Shown here: positions 36,129-47,889 of the stretch, piece after piece
How the letters are laid out: each line of letters starts with the position of its first letter
How positions within the stretch are numbered: position 1 is the first letter of the stretch
Assembly (NCBI GenBank): GCA_014905635.1
Contig: JABVCE010000039.1
Location: 124,001-188,000, forward strand
Length of the DNA stretch: 64,000 bases
Source of the DNA: Scenedesmus sp. PABB004
Taxonomy: Eukaryota
Direction: 5' to 3'
Made by a program: the position numbers and the translations under genes
The notes under the pieces: generated by a model
The model's input: the letters and a program-made list of their open reading frames with translations, nothing else
The model's database searches: none
Told to the model about the DNA's origin: nothing

Positions 36129-37989
36129 ATGCGGCCCCCGATGATCGTCGGCGCGCTGCTTGGCGCCCTGCTCGCCGCGGGCGGCGCGGCGGCGGTTGGC
36201 GGCGGCCAGGTGGGCCGCCCCGGCGCTGCGTCGCGCGGCGTGCCACGCACGCGCGCCGTGCTGACGCCCAGCTCTTGGCGCACCTCAGGCGCAGCAGCAG
36301 AGCATCAAAGCTCCGGCGGCAGCGGCGGGCGGCACCAGCGGCGAGCTGCTGCAGCGCGCGAAGCTGGCGGCGGCGGAGCGGCTGGTGGCCTGGCTGCGCG
36401 GCAACCACGCAGAGGTGCGGTCCCGGGAGGCTGGCGGGTCCGCCGCGCGAGCGAGAGCGCGCGCGCTCGACGGGCGCCCGCCGCGCGCGGCGCGCAGGTG
36501 CACGTCGAGCCGCGCGACGCAGGGCCGGGCGCCGGGCTGGCCCTCTATGCGACGCGCGACGTGCCGCGCGGCGGCGTGCTGCTGTCGCTGCCCACGGACC
36601 TGGGCTTCTCGCGCACCGTCGCGGGCGGCGCGATGGTGCGGCGGCGGCGGCCTGGCGCGTGCAGCCGCACACACGGGGCGCGCGGCGCGCGCGGCTGTCG
36701 CGGCTCGTTCAAAACGCTGCGCACGTCCGTGTCTGCAGGACTTCCTGCTCGACTACGTGCTCGACTGGGCCGACCCCGCCAGCCCGCGCGCGGCGATGTG
36801 GGCCACCGCGCCGCGGCCGTGCGAGCTGCGGCACCTGCTCAACTTCCCGCAGCCCTACCTGCCCCTGCTGCAGCACCCGCAGCTGGTGCGCCGCGGCCGG
36901 CCCGGCGGCCCGGCGGCCCGGCGCGGCGCTGCGCCGGTGCTGACCGCGCGCGCGCGCGGCCGCCGGCCTGCCCGCCTGCCGGCGGGCGCCGCAGGAGGAG
37001 TGGATCGGGCGCGGGCTGCACGCTGACGTGGCGCTCTTCACGCGCCTGCACGCGGACGCGCTCGCGGCGGCGCGGCTCACGTACGACGACGTGGTGCACG
37101 CGCTCGGCCTGGTGCGCGCCCGGCAGGATGGGCACGGTGGAAGGGGGGGGGGTCGCTCGCGCCGCGTGCGCGTGCCCGGGCGCGGGCGCCGCCCCAGCGC
37201 GGTGGCGCCGCCGCGTGCCGCAGATCGGCACGCGCACGTTCAACCGCCCCCGCGGCGGCGGCCTGGCCACGCACTACGCGCTGCCGCTGCTGGACCTGGC
37301 CAACCACGACAACGCCTGCCCGCACGGCGCGTCGTTCGGGCCGTGCGCGGCCGACGGCGCGCGCGAGTGCGTGACGCTGACCGCTGGCGCGCCCGTGCCC
37401 GCCGGCGGCGAGGTGTGCTTCCACTACGGCCACCTCCTGCCCGACCGGGCGCTGCTCGAGTATGGCTTCCTCACGCCGCCGCCCGGCGCGGCGGCGGGCG
37501 CGGGGGCGGACAGCGCCGCGTGCGGCGGCGGCGGCGCGTGCGCGGCGGCGGCGGCGGCGGCGGCGCGGCGCCCGAGCTCTGCGGCATCGACCGCCACGAC
37601 GCCGACCCCGACGCCGCGCCGCTCGCCAAGCTCGAGGCACCGCCGGAGCCGTTTGTCGGTGCGCGCGCGAGCGCGCCGCGCGCGCCGCGGCTGCCGGCCG
37701 CCGCGCGCGCCGCGCGGCGCGCCGGGCCGAGCCGGCGCCCGCCCGCCGCGGCGCAGGGCGCACGCCCGAGGACGTGCTGGCGCGCATCGCGGCGCTGCAG
37801 GCGCTCGGCGCGGCGCTCGCGGATGGCGACGGCGACGCGGCAGAGGTGGCGGCGCGCGGGCCCGCGCCCGGCGACGAGGGCGGCGCGTTCCTGGCGCAGC
37901 TGCTCGCCTGGCGCGCACAGCGCAAGGCCGCGGTCGCGGCCGAGGCCGCGCGCCTGCGCGCGCAGCTGGCGGCCTGGCCGCAGCCGTGA
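36129..37989 (+). CDS. SET-domain protein (Rubisco-LSMT/SETD3-like) with predicted signal peptide; multi-exon
   Basis: LVAWLRGN, GLALYATRDVPRGGVLLSLP, ALGL|IGTRTF, ALPLLDLANHD, VPAGGEVCFHYG..DRALLEYGF. N-terminus MRPPMIVGALLGALLAAGGAAA. Confidence 0.85.
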
Positions 37990-38568
37990 GCGCGCGCACG
38001 CGAGTAAGGCGGCGGCCGTGATCGCCGGCGCGCCGCCGCAGCTCGGCGGACAGCAGGTGCCCGTGCTGGCGATGCGGCGCGCGCGCGTCGCGCCGCGCAG
38101 AAGCGCAGACCGCGGGCGGTGCAGCCGTGCACCCCACCCTGGGCCCGGCTCTGATGCAGAAGCTCCCCAACCGCCCAACGGCGCGCACGCCGCCGCGCGC
38201 CCGCAGTGCCTCGACAGCGCAGCAGCAGCAGCTCTGCGCCGCTCGCTGCCCAGACCTCCCCGGGCGCGACAGCTGGTCCTCCACGGCATCTGAAATCCGT
38301 GTGCGTGTCCCGTGCGATCTGTGGGAGCGCGGGGCAGCTGGCGATTGCAGTCCCATCTCCCAGGGCGGGCTTGAGGGCTCCGCGCGGTCTGAGCGGCGGG
38401 GTCGGCGTGGAGAGCCTATCAGCCGGGTGCGCCAGCGCTTGCAGTCGAGGCGCGGCCGCCCGGGCGGCCCTGCAGCCGCTCGCGCGCCGCCGCCGCCGCC
38501 GCTGTTGCGCCGTCGCCGGCGCTCGCCGACGCCTGCGCGCCGCCGCAGGCGGCGGGGCGGGGGCGCCC

Positions 38569-40637
38569 ATGTCGAAGGCGGCGCTGAAGCACCGCTGGCT
38601 GGCGGAGTTTGAGCAGCAGAGCAAGAGCGAGCCGCCCGCGGACGGAGCGCAGACGGCGCAGCAGCAGACGGAGCAGCAGCCGCAGCCGCAGCCGCAGCCA
38701 CAGCAGCCGCAGCCGCAGCAGCAGCAGCAGCCTGCCGGCGGCAAGCCAGCGCCCAGCCCGGCAGCGCAGCAGCCGCGCGCAGCGGACCCGCCGCACCCGC
38801 CCGGCGCCGCGCCGCCGGGCGGCCCGCAGCAGCAGGGCGGCGCCAAGCCCGCCAGCGGCGCGCCCTCGCCGGCGGCCGCGGCGCACCGTGGCCCCAGCGC
38901 GGGCGGCCTGCACCACGGCGGCGCGGCCGCCCTGCACCGCACCAAGAGCGGGCCGCCTGGGGGCGGCATGGCGGGGCTGCTGGACACGGCCATCACGCTG
39001 TCAGCCACGCCCCTGGCGCGGCCGCCCGCCGCCGCGTCGCCGAGCGCCGCCAAGGGTGAGCGGGCCGGGCGGGGCCGCCGGCGCGGCGCGCGGCCGGCGC
39101 GCGCCGACGCGCCTCCCCCGCCACCGCCACGCAGCGAGCCGCGTCAAGCCCGAGCCGCAGCCGCGGCTGCCGGGCGGCGACAAGGCGCCCACCGACGCGC
39201 GGGACGAGGCGCCGCGGCCGGCCGTCAAGGTGCGGCAGCTCGCGCGCCTGCGGGGCTCGGCGGCTGCGCGCCCAGCGGCGCCGCCGCCTCCTGACCGCGC
39301 CGCCGCGTGCCGCGCGCCCCGCGCCAGGCCGAGCCGGGCAAGGAGCCGGGCAAGGAGCCGGGCGCCAAGCCCGCCGGGGACCGCAAGCCGGCCACGGGCG
39401 CGTCCGGCGACAGGCGCAGCAAGCCGCAGCAGCCGCAGGCGCAGCGGCCGCCGGGGCAGGGCGCCGGCGCCGCCAAGCCCGCGCCGGCGGGGGGCGGCGG
39501 CGTGAAGCGCAAGGCCGCCGACGGCGGCGGCGCGCGCGCGGGCGACGAGCAGCTGCCGGCCAAGAAGAAGCCGCAGGGTGGGTCGCGGGGGTGGGGGCGG
39601 GGGAGGGGGTGGCTGCGCGCGCCGCGCTGCCGCTGCTGCTGCCGCTGCCGCGCAGCGCGCTGCCGCCCATGCCGCGGCACGCCGGCGCCGCAGCAGCCGC
39701 CGGCAAGGAGGACGACTCGGACGAAGGCGCGCTCGTGGTGCGGCGCAAGGCTCCGCCGGGCAAGGCGCTGGGCGCCGGCAGGGCCGCTGGCGGCGAGCAG
39801 CAGGGCGCCGGCAAGGGCGCCAAGGTGCGGGGGGCGCGCCAGGCGGCTGCGCGCTGCTGCGTCGCGGGGCGGCGGGCGCCGCCGCCGCGCGCGCCCGCCG
39901 ACGCGGCCCGCGCGCCGCTGCGCTGCTCGCGCCGCCCGCAGCGGCCCGAGCAGGGCCCTGCCAACGGCGCGGCGCCGGGGGCAAGGCCAAGGCGGCGGCG
40001 GGGCGCGGCCCCGGCGGCGAGGCAGCGCCCAAGCAGCAGAGCCGGCTCGCCAAGCAGAGCAGCAGCAACGTCGCGGCCGCGGTGCGCGCGCTGGCGGCCG
40101 CTGAGCAGGCGGACGGCGAGCCCGGCGGCAAGGCCAAGCCCAGGCAGCAGCCCGCCGCCAGCGACGACGGCGAGCGGCAGCGCGGCGCGCCGCACCACGG
40201 CGAGGCGGGCGACGCCGGCGCGGCCGCCCCGCCCGGAGGCGGCGCGGGGCCCGGGGCGGCCGAGGTGTTTGTCGAGCCGCCGGGCGGCGGGCGGTGGGCG
40301 AGCACGCGCCTCGAGCTCGGCAAGGTGCGTGCCCGCGCCGCCGCCGGGGCCGCCGCTGCAGTCGCGCGCGGTGGCGCGTGCGCCGCCCCTGACCTGCGCC
40401 GCCCGCCCGCCCGTCCCGCGCCGCGCCGCCGCCGCTGCGCAGCTGCGGGGCTACGAGGGCCTGCTGCTGCGCCTGGCGCGCGAGTTCCCGGGCCTGCTGC
40501 CGGAGCGGGCGCTGCTCGGCGCGCGCGTGGCCTACCTCGACGCCGCCGGCGACTGGCTGCTCGCGGGCGACATGCGCTACCGCGCGTTCGCGGGCGCGGC
40601 GCGCAAGGTGCTCGTGTGCGTGCCGGACGCGGGCTGA
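38569..40637 (+). CDS. Low-complexity protein with C-terminal Aux/IAA-ARF-type PB1 domain; multi-exon
   Basis: C-terminus AEVFVEPPGGGRWASTRLELGK|LRGYEGLLLRLAREF...VAYLDAAGDWLLAGDMRYRAFAGAARKVLV matches the domain III/IV pattern (YEDKDGDWMLVGDVPW). NLS-like GVKRKA and PAKKKP. An upstream exon is possible. Confidence 0.75.
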
Positions 40638-40976
40638 CGCACGGCGCCGGCCGCGCCGCGCGCCACGGCGGCCCGGAGCGGCGCGCGGCGGCGGCGGTGG
40701 CCAAGCGCGCGGCGGCGGCCATCGCAGCGCGCCTGCGCCTGCACGTACGCGTCCACGAGGCGACGCCGGGCAACGACGCAGCGGTTGGTTTTGCGCCCGC
40801 CCGCTCGCCTGCCCAGAATTCGCGTCGCCCAGGCCCGGAGCGGCCCCCGCGCCCCCTCCACACGCGCCGATTGCACACGACCCGACCCGCCGCCCTCCGG
40901 CGCAGCCCGCGCAGGGCGCTGCTGCTGCCCGGCGATCCGCGGCCGCTGCGTCGCGCCTCCGCTCCCGCGCGCCGCC

Positions 40977-42745
40977 ATGCAGACGCTGACGGGCCGCCAG
41001 CTCGCGCGCGGCGCGCGCGTCGGCGCCAGCGCCAGGGGGCGCCTTGCCGCGCCCGCGCTGGCGCGCCGCGCGCCCGCACGCCGGCGCGGCGCGGTCGTGG
41101 TGGAGGCCAACCTCTTCGCGCGCGCGGTGCGCGTGATCCAGAGCTACGCCAACCAGCTGGGTGCGCGGGCGGGGCTTCGCCGCGGGCGATGCGCGCCGCA
41201 CCGGGCCCGCCCGGCGCGCCCGCCCCCTCTCCGCCCGCGCCATCGCGCCGGGGCCGCCGGCGGGGCCCGGGCGCGCCGGCGCGAGGCAATTGGCCGCGCC
41301 GGCGGCGCGCGGCGCGGCGCGGGCAACGCCGCTGCAACGTCCCGCGCGCCGCGCGCCCCGCAGTGTCGGCGGCGGAGGACCCCGAGAAGCTGCTGGACCA
41401 GGTGGTCAACGAGATGCAGGAGGACCTCATCAAGATGCGCCAGGCGTCCGCGCAGGCGCGGCGCTGCGCGCATGCATGCGCGCCCGCCGCCTCGCGCGGC
41501 TGCGGCGGCAGCTGAAGGGCCCCGCGGACGGACGTGCGCGTGCGCGCGCACAGGTGCTGGCGTCCCAGAAGCAGATGGAGGCCAAGTTCAAGCAGGCCCA
41601 GGCCACGTCGGTGCGCGCGCGCGGCGCGGCGGCGGCCGCGCGCCGCCACGGGCGCCCGCGGCCGCCGCGCCGCGCGCGCCGCGTCGGCGGCCCAGCGCGT
41701 CGCCCGCCGCCGCGCGCAGGACGACTGGCTGAAGCGCGCCGAGCTGGCGGTGTCCAAGGGCGAGGACGAGCTGGCGCGCGAGGCGCTCAAGCGCAGGAAG
41801 GCCTACGCGGTGCGGCGCGGCGCGCGCAGCGCCCGCGGCACGCGCGGCGCCCGCCGCGCGGCACGCGCGCGCCCACCCCCCCCCCCCCCCCCCCGCCGCC
41901 CGTGCGCGCGCGCAGGAGCAAGCGGACAGCATGCGCACGCAGCTGGAGGCGCAGCAGAAGGCGGTGGACCAGCTCATCGCCAACACGCGGTGCGGCGGCG
42001 GCACCACACCGCCCCGCGCCGCGCCGCGGCGCCGCGCCCAGCGCGGCCCGGCCCAGCGCGCCGCGCCCGCCCGCCCGCCCGCCCGCCCGCCCACCCACCC
42101 ACCCGCCCGCCCGCGCGCCGCCGCGCAGCGTGCTCGAGGGCAAGCTCGCCGAGGCGCGGAGCAAGAAGGACACGCTCAAGGCGCGCGCGGCGAGCGCCAA
42201 GACGAGCAAGCAGGTTCAGGAGATGATGGGCAGCCTCAACACGAGCAACGCGGTCGTGGCATTTGACAAGATGGAGGAGAAGGTGCGCGTGGGTGGGGGG
42301 GGGGTGTGGGTGTGGGTGGGTGGGTGTGGGTGGTGGGCGGGTGGGGTGGTCGGGTGGGCGGGTGTGGCCGGCGGGCGGGCGGGTAGGTGGGTGTGGGAGG
42401 AGGGGGCGGGGGCAAGTGGCGGGGGAGGGCCGCGGGGCGCGGGCGCGGGCGCGGGGGCGCACCACACACACAGCGCCGCCGCGCCGCCGCGTGCGGCCGC
42501 AGGTGATCGCGATGGAGGCGGAGAGCGACGCGGTGGGCATGCTCGTCGCGGGCGACGGCCTGGAGACCAAGTTTGCGGCGCTCGAGGGCGGCACGGTGGA
42601 GGACGAGCTCGCCGCGCTGAAGCAGGGCATGCTGGGCGCGGGCAAGGGCGCGGGCGCGCCCGTCGCGGCGCTGCCGGAGGGCCGCCCCCTGGCCGACGCG
42701 ATCGACATGGAGCTGGAGGAGCTGCGCAGGAAGGCGCGCGAGTGA
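40977..42745 (+). CDS. VIPP1: Vesicle-inducing protein in plastids 1 (IM30/PspA family); 7 exons
   Basis: Transit peptide, then [95 protein letters not shown] and the C-terminal helix [14 protein letters not shown]. Confidence 0.96.
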
Positions 42746-42949
42746 GCGAGGCCCGGGCGCGGCCTCGCGCTGCGGCCGACCGAGGGGCGGGCATGGCCGC
42801 CCGGGGCGCGCAGGAGGGGAGAGGGGCGGCGGCGAGCCGCGCCGCGGCGCGCAGCAGCCCGTGGGCGCGCGGCGGACGGTGATTCGTGGCTTTTGCCACG
42901 GCCGCCGGGCGTGTGCAGCGGCGCGCGAGCGAGAGAGCAAGGCGCCAGT

Positions 42950-45362
42950 GTGCCGGCCCAGAGAGGTCAGGGCGCGGGCAGCGAGAGCGCAAGGCACCTG
43001 CGGGAACCTCGTCACAGGAATCACCCCCGATCGCCGGCTGCCAGCAGCACCGCCTGCGCTGCACGACAGCATCGCGCGCGCGCCGGCGATGCCACCCCTG
43101 AGTGGCTGGTGCGAGTCCACCCGCATGCCCCCGCACCGTTGGCCTCGCTCCCTGGCAGCCTGCCCCCAGTTTGCCGTGCCGCATCCAGCCGTGCAGCCTC
43201 CACGTTCAGTGTCAACTTGACAGCCCGCCCGAGCTCGTTGGGCTGTGACGTGCCTGCTGCCTTGAGGCACGATAAACAGTTGAGCATGCGCTGTGGACGC
43301 GTGAGGTGCAGCCACAGCTGCAGCCACAATCGCCCCCACGCCTAGTTCTGATTTGAAGGATCGCCCCCCCCCCGCCCCTGCCGGGGGCGGTCGTTCATTA
43401 AGCTCTCAGCAGGGCGCTGAGGGTAAAACACAGATGCAGGACAAACTACAAAGCGGGCCGCTGCCAGCGGCGTGCCTTGAGCCCCTGTGCGCACGCCGGC
43501 GCCAGCTCACAGCGCGCCCTCGCGCACCAACGCGACCACCGCCTGCGCCATCACATTCGCATTGGGCGTGAATGGGCTGCTGTGGACGGCTACTCGCGCC
43601 AGCTGGCGCCATGTGAACGTGCCGAAAAAGGTGAGGCCATGCATACCGCGCAGCAGCGCGCCCTTTCTCGACAGGATCACAAGGCGGTCGAGCTTGGCGC
43701 TGTCCGACGTCGTGCGCTCCAGGTGCTGCAGCATGCTGCTGCGCGCGCCGTCGTGGCCGCCGGCTGCCAGCTGCGTCTGCAGCTCGCGCACCTGCAGGCG
43801 GCGGCAGCGCGCGAGGATGAGAGGCGGCGCGCTCACAGCGGGCAGAGCCGCCCGCCCGCTGGCGGCGCACCTGCTCCAGCAGCGGCGCGTGCAGGCGGTT
43901 GAACGCAGCCAGGCCGGCCAGCATGTCGGCGACCTGGTCGCGGCTCAGGCGCACGCCCAGCACCACCGCCTTGTAGCGCGCGAGGTCGTGCTCTGTGGCC
44001 TGCTCGCCCGTCACGCGGTTGGTGAGGCAGAGCTCGGGCACGAGCTCGTTGCGCTTGGAGAGTGTTGCGCTCATCAACAGGTACATGGCCCTGCAAAGCG
44101 CGGCCTTGAGGCGGCTCAGTGGCGCCAGCTCGCCGCTGCACGGGCCGTCCAGCAGCACCAGGCTCACTGACAGCTCTCGCACGACCTGCGGCGCAGCAGC
44201 GGCGGCCGCCGTCGGGCACACGGCGACGCGGCTGCACGTGCCGGCGCACAGCACCCGGCCACGCCCGATGGCAGCCACACACCTCATCCATGGCGGCGCA
44301 CGCGTCCTCCAGGGTCAGCGTGTCGATGTTGGGGTGACGCGGCTGCACCAGCAACCACCGCCACCAGCGAAACGGGTCGTGCCGCGGCGCAACGCGGTCG
44401 TCTGCCGCCGCGCCCGGCTCGTACTCGCTGCCGGGCGCGCACGCGGCGTCGCCGGGTGCACAGGCGCTGTCACGCCCTGCCGGCGTCCCTGGCGGCGCCG
44501 CGCTGTACGGCAGCCGCACCAGCTGCTCCAGCAGCGCCACCTCGTCTTCGCTGGGCGCAGACCGACCGCTGCTGCCGCTGGTGCCGCTGCGCACGGGGTC
44601 GGCGCACGGCTCTGAGCTGGTGTCATCGTCGCCGTCGTCGCTCTGCTGCTGCTGGCCCGCCGCCATGTGCTCCAGGATCCACTGCAGCGCGTCGCAGTAG
44701 CCGACCAGCAGGTCGTGCTGCGGGCGGCGGCGGCAGCAGCGGCGGCAGCGGCAGCGGTCGTCTGCCGCGCGCTCGCCGGGCCGCCGGCGCCCGCTGCGCA
44801 GGGCCGCAGGGGAGCGCCCTCGCGGCACAGCGCGGCCCAGCAGCACCAGGCGGGCGCCCACTGCCCGCGCACCTCATGTCTGCTGGCGGCGTGGTGCTGC
44901 TGCGCCTGTTCGAGCAGCTCCAGCTTGCTGTGCAGCTCGGCTGTGAGGCGCTCGACCTCCGCCCGGCCACCCCGTCGACGGTCTGCCTTGGAGCTGCCGT
45001 AGGATCCAATCTTGACGCGCCGGCGCGGCATGCTTCCGCAGGAAGCAGCCCGGCCTCCCACGCCCTGCAGCACGGCGGGTGCGGCCCTAGCGACGCGCCA
45101 GACGCTGCATGGCGGTCGAACGAGTGACTGGCGGGCGGGCGGGCGTCAGCAGGCGGGCGGCAGAGGCGCGGGTTCGCCGCCCGGGGCTCGTCCACCGGCG
45201 CCCGTCGCCTGTGGTCCACGCGCCGATCGCCCAGCGGCACGTGCCGGCGCACGGCTTGGCAGGACAGACGCGCGGCACAGCGCGCCGGTCAGCCGGCGTC
45301 ACCGGGGTCGGCGCGCGGCCGCCGCCTGACCGCACGCACGCGCCGCCGCTGTCACAGCCCTG
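42950..45362 (-). repeat. Cassette copy 2: gene plus conserved 5' and 3' flanks
   Basis: Flanks and introns align by eye with 61421-63915 (+) and with 30041-30980 and 33278-33369 (+). Boundaries approximate. Confidence 0.85.
43507..45031 (-). CDS. Coiled-coil protein, bZIP-like zipper plus DOG1/TGA-like helical domain (copy 2, intact, 4 exons)
   Basis: MPRRRVKIGSYGSSKADRRRGGRAEVERLTAELHSKLELLEQ...|HDLLVGYCDALQW...|VVRELSVSLVLLD...LGVRLSRDQVADMLAG|...GTFTWRQLARVAVHSSPFTP...EGAL*, GT-AG introns. The gene is clear; the family label is tentative. Confidence 0.8.
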
Positions 45363-45412
45363 GGCCTCCCAGTTTCTCGGCCGGCGCGCGGAGCTCTCTG
45401 GCACGGTCACAG

Positions 45413-47692
45413 TCACCCGCCGCTCCCAGCGGCCCCAGGCCCCGTCACTGCCGCCGCTGCCGCTCCGCACGCGGAGGGCGCGGCGGGCGCGGCGCGCGCG
45501 TGCGGCGGCAGCCCCGCGGCGCCCCGGTCCGCGGCGCGGCCATTCAGCTTGGCAAACAGCAGCCGCAGCACGCGCTCGCGGTCGGGCCAACCCAGCTGCC
45601 GGATGTCCACTGGCCCAGCGCCCTCCTCAGACAACCGCCTGTGGCCGCCAGCTACGCCGGCGTTTGCCACGGCTGCTGCTGCTGCTGCTGCGCTGCCGCC
45701 GCTGCCGCCGCCGTCGTCGTCGCCGTCGCAGCTGGCCGGTGCTGGCACGCTGCCGGACGCGCACGGCTCCTCCTGATGCTCCTGTCTTGGCTCCGCATGC
45801 TGTGGCTGCTGCTTCAGCTGCTCCTCCTCCCGGCCCTGCTGCGGCTCCCGCGGCGGCGCCCCTGCCGCACGCTCCAGCTCAATTGCCAGCCGCACCTGCA
45901 CCGCCGCGCCGCGACACGCGATGGTGGTGGCGGCAGCCGCGCGCTCCAGTGCTCCCTGCGCATCAGCACAGCTGCCACGCACGCGAGCACCACGCCCCCC
46001 CCCCCAAGCTGCGCTGCCGGGCCGGCCCACCTGGTGAAGGCTCGACAGCAGAAATGTCTCCACCTCGGTGCGCTGCAGCAGCGCCTCCTGGCCCAGCCGC
46101 CGCAGCCGCGCCAGCTCGCGGCCTTTGAGCCGCAGCAGGCGCCGCAGCGCGTGCACCTCGCCCGCCGCCGCCGTGACCTGCCCCTGCGCGCGCGCCACCA
46201 CCGCGGCCCGCTCCTGCGCAAAGTCGGCCAGCAGCTGCGCCAGGCTCGCCTCGAGCGCCGCCGCCCTGGCCTGCGCCTCCTTCAGCGCCGCCGCCTGCTG
46301 CCCCGCGCGCGCCGCCCAGCCCGCCTCCAGCTCCTGCTTCAGTGCCAGCTCGCGCGCCACGCGGCCGCGGTCTGCGGCCAGCAGCTTGAGCTCTCCCTGC
46401 AGCGCATCCGATTCCTGCGCGCCGCCAGCAGCCGCGAAGGAGGGGGGGGGGCAAGGGGGGCTCGGCCTGCGCTCGGCCGGCGGCGCTGCCGCCCGCGCGG
46501 GCGGTGCGTCGGCGGCGCCGCGCCACATGCGGCCCGCCCCGCCGCACCGTGATGTGGAGGCGCAGCTCCTCCGCCAGGCGCCGGTTGGCGGCGAGGATGC
46601 GCTTCACGCCCGCGTCCAGGCGCTCCTCCAGCTCCGCCTCCTGCGAGCGCTTCAGCTCCTCCAGCTTCTGCGCGCGCACGTGGGCACGCTCGCGTGCCGA
46701 CGGCGGCGGCGGCCCGACGCTGCCCGCGCGCCGGCGCGCCGCCCGGGCGCGCCACGCGGCAGCGTGCCGACCTGCTCATACTCCCTGCGCGTCGCGCTGT
46801 GCGCGGCCGCGTGGTGGCGCTCCAGCTCGGCGCCCTGTGCGTCCATCGCGCCGCGCAGGACGGCACACTCCTCGCGCAGCGCGCTCAGCGCGGCGTCGCT
46901 CTCGGCCTGCGCGCGCGCAGCGCACACAGCGCTCGGCGGCCCCGTCGCGGGCAACGCGCAGGACCGCCGTCAGCGCTGTGGCGCCGGTGCCGCCCCTCGC
47001 CCCCACAGCGCGGCGCGCCTTGTGCTGCCTGAAGTCCGCCAGCGCGTCGAGCTCGGCCTGCAGCGCCTCCACGCGCGCGCCCAGCTCGCCCGCGACCGCC
47101 TCGCGCTCGGCGACAAGCGCCGCCTCGCGCGCGGCCGCCTGCTCCTCCAGCGCCGCGACGTGGGCGTCCCTGTCGGCGCTCAGCTGCAGCGGCCGGCGCC
47201 GGCGGCGTCACCGCCAGTCGGCTGCAGCGCGGCGGCTCCCGGCTTGCTGCGCGGCGCCACGTGAGCACCTGCTCCAGCTGGTCGCCGAGCTCTGCGATGC
47301 GCCCGTTCTTGCGCAGCACCTCGGCCCGGAAGTGCTCCGCCGCCGCGTAGCCCTCGCGGTTGGAGTCCTCCAACTGCTGCAGCAGCGCCCTGGGGTGCGG
47401 GGCTAGTGTGGGCGCGGCGCGGCGCGGCGCGCGGCTCGAGCGCCCGCCGCCGAACGCGCGCGCGCGCGCACCGGTTCTCCGCAGCGAGCGCGCCGCACGC
47501 GTCGCGCGTGTTGACAAGCGCCTTCTTGGTCCGCTGGTTCCTGCGCCGCCGTGGGGCAGCGTGAGCGCCGGCTCGGGCCGCGCGAGGCAGCGCGCTGCTC
47601 GCCGTCCCCCGGCCGCACTCGCTGAGAATCACGAACTGCGTGGCCATCACGTCCACGGTGCTGCATCCAGGAGGCGCTTCGGCGTCCGCCAT
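45413..47692 (-). CDS. BBOF1: Basal body-orientation factor 1 (CCDC176) coiled-coil protein; multi-exon
   Basis: LDAGVKRILAANRRLAEELRLH, LRRLLRLKGRELARLRRLGQEALLQRTEVETFLLSSLHQV, VDIRQLGWPDRERVLRLLFAKLNG. Confidence 0.88.
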
Positions 47693-47889
47693 GGCCGGGC
47701 GAGGCCGCAGCCGCGGGGCGGGAGTCGCGCGTTGACCGCTGCGCCGGCGGCGTCGCGTGTGCTCAGGCTGTCTGTCGCGGAGCTAACAGGCGCCCTGTCC
47801 GCGCGGTGGCACGGCGCTGTGGACTTGGCGGATCTCACAGGTTTCAAAACCGCCGCGCCTCCACGGCGCCGCTGCCGCCACGCTGCGCC

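Noticed and set aside
42950..45362. Cassette as an autonomous transposon or retrogene
   Set aside because: No RT, integrase, transposase or Rep/helicase motifs, and introns are retained; kept only as a possible non-autonomous unit.
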